DNA of 64,000 nucleotides from NCBI GenBank assembly GCA_902595845.1, contig CACJRN010000008.1, positions 2,153 to 66,152 of the forward strand. The letters run 5' to 3'. Source of the DNA: an uncultured Gammaproteobacteria bacterium. GTDB taxonomy: Bacteria; Pseudomonadota; Gammaproteobacteria; Steroidobacterales; UBA11654. Under the pieces are notes generated by a model. It searched no databases. It saw only the letters and a program-made list of their open reading frames with translations, and was not told where the DNA came from. Positions 62,202 through 64,000 of this stretch are shown here, in pieces. A program made the translations under genes and the position numbers. The stretch's first letter is position 1. Each line of letters begins with the position of its first letter.

Positions 62202-62774
62202 TTAGGTAAATTTGAGATTTTTAATAGTCAATTTGAGCTCGTAATCATTGCCAATGACACTTATTGTCCTAGGTATTACATATGAATGGATTATCTGAGA
62301 ACCTTTATAAGTGATTGATATGTTGAGCTTTGATTTCATTACCTCAACATCATCGATTGCGAGAAGAATCGATGAAAAGCTACCCCATTCTTGAAAGTAT
62401 TGATAAATCTCTAAAGATGCCTTGTCCAACTGACTAATCAAGTCATTATTTATAGCGGGATCAGCAAGAAAAACTTTCCTTCCAAAAATATCATTGACTT
62501 GGAATGATTCCTGAAGCCCATTTTCAAGAGTATATGACCCAATGAAGTTTCCAGCATTTGATTTGATTGAGAGGGAGCCAGAGATAATAAAGGATTGATT
62601 GAGAAATTCTGCATCCATTTTCTTATTGATTAATTGATTCTGATTGGTTGCGCAACCATTCAGGAGCAGAATAAATGATAAAAATATAATGGCTCTAAAA
62701 TCAGCAGCACTAAGAATTTTTTTGTGTATAAAATACCGGTCAGTATAAGATTGAAATAGCATGAAAAAATCCAT
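62202..62774 (-). CDS. lolB: outer-membrane lipoprotein LolB-like
   Basis: 190 aa with lipobox LLNGC. Size and position (divergent from prfA, beside tRNA-Gln/prs) fit lolB. The start could be ATG 62774 or 62762. Sequence similarity was not verifiable by eye. Confidence 0.55.
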   Translation of the reverse strand: MDFFMLFQSYTDRYFIHKKILSAADFRAIIFLSFILLLNGCATNQNQLINKKMDAEFLNQSFIISGSLSIKSNAGNFIGSYTLENGLQESFQVNDIFGRKVFLADPAINNDLISQLDKASLEIYQYFQEWGSFSSILLAIDDVEVMKSKLNISITYKGSQIIHSYVIPRTISVIGNDYELKLTIKNLKFT

Positions 62775-63843
62775 TGTTAAAAAATTAGCGCTTATTCAAG
62801 AACAATACCATTCTATTGCAAATCAGTTGGCAGATGAAGGCATACAATCGGATGGTAAAAAAATGGTCGAGCTTTCTAAGGAATTCTCGAGGATTGAGCC
62901 TGTCGTTGTGCTTTTTGAAAAATATCAATCACTAGAAGAAGAAAAAGAGGCAGCAGAAGAGCTCATAAAGGATGATGATGGCAGCATGAGTGATCTTGCA
63001 AAGGAAGAGATTGATAGTATTTCAGAGCAACTTTTAAAGATTGAGGATGAGATTACTCCTATGCTTTTGAGTAGCGACCCAAGAGACGGGAGCAATGTTT
63101 TTCTTGAAATCCGTGCAGGCACTGGGGGTGATGAAGCAGCGATATTTGCCGGAGATGTTTTTAGGATGTATGCACGTTTTTGCGAAAAAAATGGTTGGTC
63201 ACTGGAGATCCTCAATCAAAATGAAACAGGGCAAGGTGGCTTTAAAGAAGTCATAGCTAAAGTTGAAGGAAGCGGTGTCTTTTCAAAATTAAAATTTGAA
63301 TCAGGCACTCATCGTGTGCAAAGAATACCGAAGACAGAATCACAGGGAAGAATCCATACTTCTGCATGCACTGTTGCAATCATTGCTGAAGCAGATGAGA
63401 TGAATGAAGTAGAGATCAGCAATAATGATATCAGGGTTGATACCTTTAGGGCATCAGGTGCTGGAGGTCAGCATGTTAATAAAACTGACTCTGCTGTTAG
63501 ACTTACTCATATTCCTACCGGGATTGTTGCAGAATGTCAGGACAATCGATCACAACATAAGAATCGAGCTAAAGCATTGTCACTTTTAAAAGCAAAGATT
63601 TATGACATGGAACAAAAGAAGATCCAAGATCAACAAGCTGAGGAACGTAAGATGCTGGTTGGGAGCGGAGATCGATCTGAGAGGATCAGGACCTATAATT
63701 ATCCACAAGGTAGAATCACAGATCATAGGATTAATCTCACTCAATATAATCTTGCAGAGTTTATGGAGGGGGATCTTGACACCATGATTGATACACTGGT
63801 TCAAGAAAATGCTGCAAAGCAGATGGCGCAACTTGATGATTGA
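62761..63843 (+). CDS. prfA: peptide chain release factor 1
   Basis: 360 aa with the GGQ motif (SGAGGQHVNK) and the RF1-type PxT tripeptide (IPKTESQGRIHTS). Confidence 0.95.
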   Translation: MKKSIVKKLALIQEQYHSIANQLADEGIQSDGKKMVELSKEFSRIEPVVVLFEKYQSLEEEKEAAEELIKDDDGSMSDLAKEEIDSISEQLLKIEDEITPMLLSSDPRDGSNVFLEIRAGTGGDEAAIFAGDVFRMYARFCEKNGWSLEILNQNETGQGGFKEVIAKVEGSGVFSKLKFESGTHRVQRIPKTESQGRIHTSACTVAIIAEADEMNEVEISNNDIRVDTFRASGAGGQHVNKTDSAVRLTHIPTGIVAECQDNRSQHKNRAKALSLLKAKIYDMEQKKIQDQQAEERKMLVGSGDRSERIRTYNYPQGRITDHRINLTQYNLAEFMEGDLDTMIDTLVQENAAKQMAQLDD

Positions 63844-64000
63844 AGAATCAGCATTAAATAATGCAGAATCATTGATCCAATCTGGAACGAAAAAACTATC
63901 ATCTATATCTAATGTTCCCAGACTAGAAGCAGAAGTTCTTTTGTCTTACTTGCTTGATATCACGCCAATAAAATTTCATACAGATAACATTTGTATAAAC
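63836..64000 (+). CDS. prmC: release-factor glutamine methyltransferase PrmC, N-terminal fragment (runs off the window)
   Basis: Hand translation from ATG 63836 (8-nt overlap with prfA) gives MIEESALNNAESLIQSGTKKLSSISNVPRLEAEVLLSYLLDITPIKFHTDN... The EAEVLL motif and the position after prfA fit PrmC. Confidence 0.6.
   Translation, partial: MIEESALNNAESLIQSGTKKLSSISNVPRLEAEVLLSYLLDITPIKFHTDNICIN

Overview
AT-rich, very gene-dense chromosomal segment. Many junctions are ATGA/TTGA-type overlaps or gaps under 20 nt. It reads like a streamlined marine gammaproteobacterium: there is a gamma-type ychF-pth-rplY-prs-tRNA-Gln-lolB/prfA-prmC block at 57.5-64 kb and two TonB-dependent receptors. A SAR86-like origin is only an inference. 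I can support about 70 protein genes and 2 tRNAs. I see no rRNA, CRISPR array, transposase, integrase or phage gene, and no recognisable transcription factor in the 64 kb. Layout: (1) 0-9.9 kb holds a translationally coupled array of small exported proteins ending in a haem-c/PQQ dehydrogenase, followed by an SDR, a quinone reductase, a carboxylesterase and a GNAT. (2) 9.9-28.6 kb is a two-armed amine-catabolism supercluster. The minus arm encodes a class-III aminotransferase, two CrtI/PYROXD2-like flavoproteins, a GcvT-like protein, an ADP-forming acyl-CoA synthetase, an aldehyde dehydrogenase, an enoyl-CoA hydratase and a glutamine-synthetase-like ligase. The plus arm encodes an epoxide-hydrolase-like hydrolase, an acyl-CoA dehydrogenase, an EamA transporter and a PotFGHI-like ABC importer. 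(3) 28.6-31.2 kb is a TPR-sulfotransferase / Asp-beta-hydroxylase pair. (4) 31.5-42 kb is a TonB-receptor-led oxygenase/decarboxylase island (UbiD, Rieske oxygenase, ACAD-fold flavin monooxygenase, SDR, GFA, DUF2891, several unknowns). (5) 42-52.7 kb is mixed membrane and sulfur-amino-acid genes (metX-like/cysK pair) plus tRNA-Met. (6) 52.7-56.5 kb is a metal-acquisition-like locus whose TonB receptor carries five His/Asp/Glu-rich inserts. (7) 57.5-64 kb is the translation/housekeeping block. My best candidates for something undescribed are the twin-flavoprotein + GcvT-like module inside the amine supercluster, the poly-His TonB receptor locus with a MerC-like partner, and a near-identical 54-nt signal-peptide cassette on three unrelated exported proteins. 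All functional calls come from motif and family recognition by eye. No database search was run.
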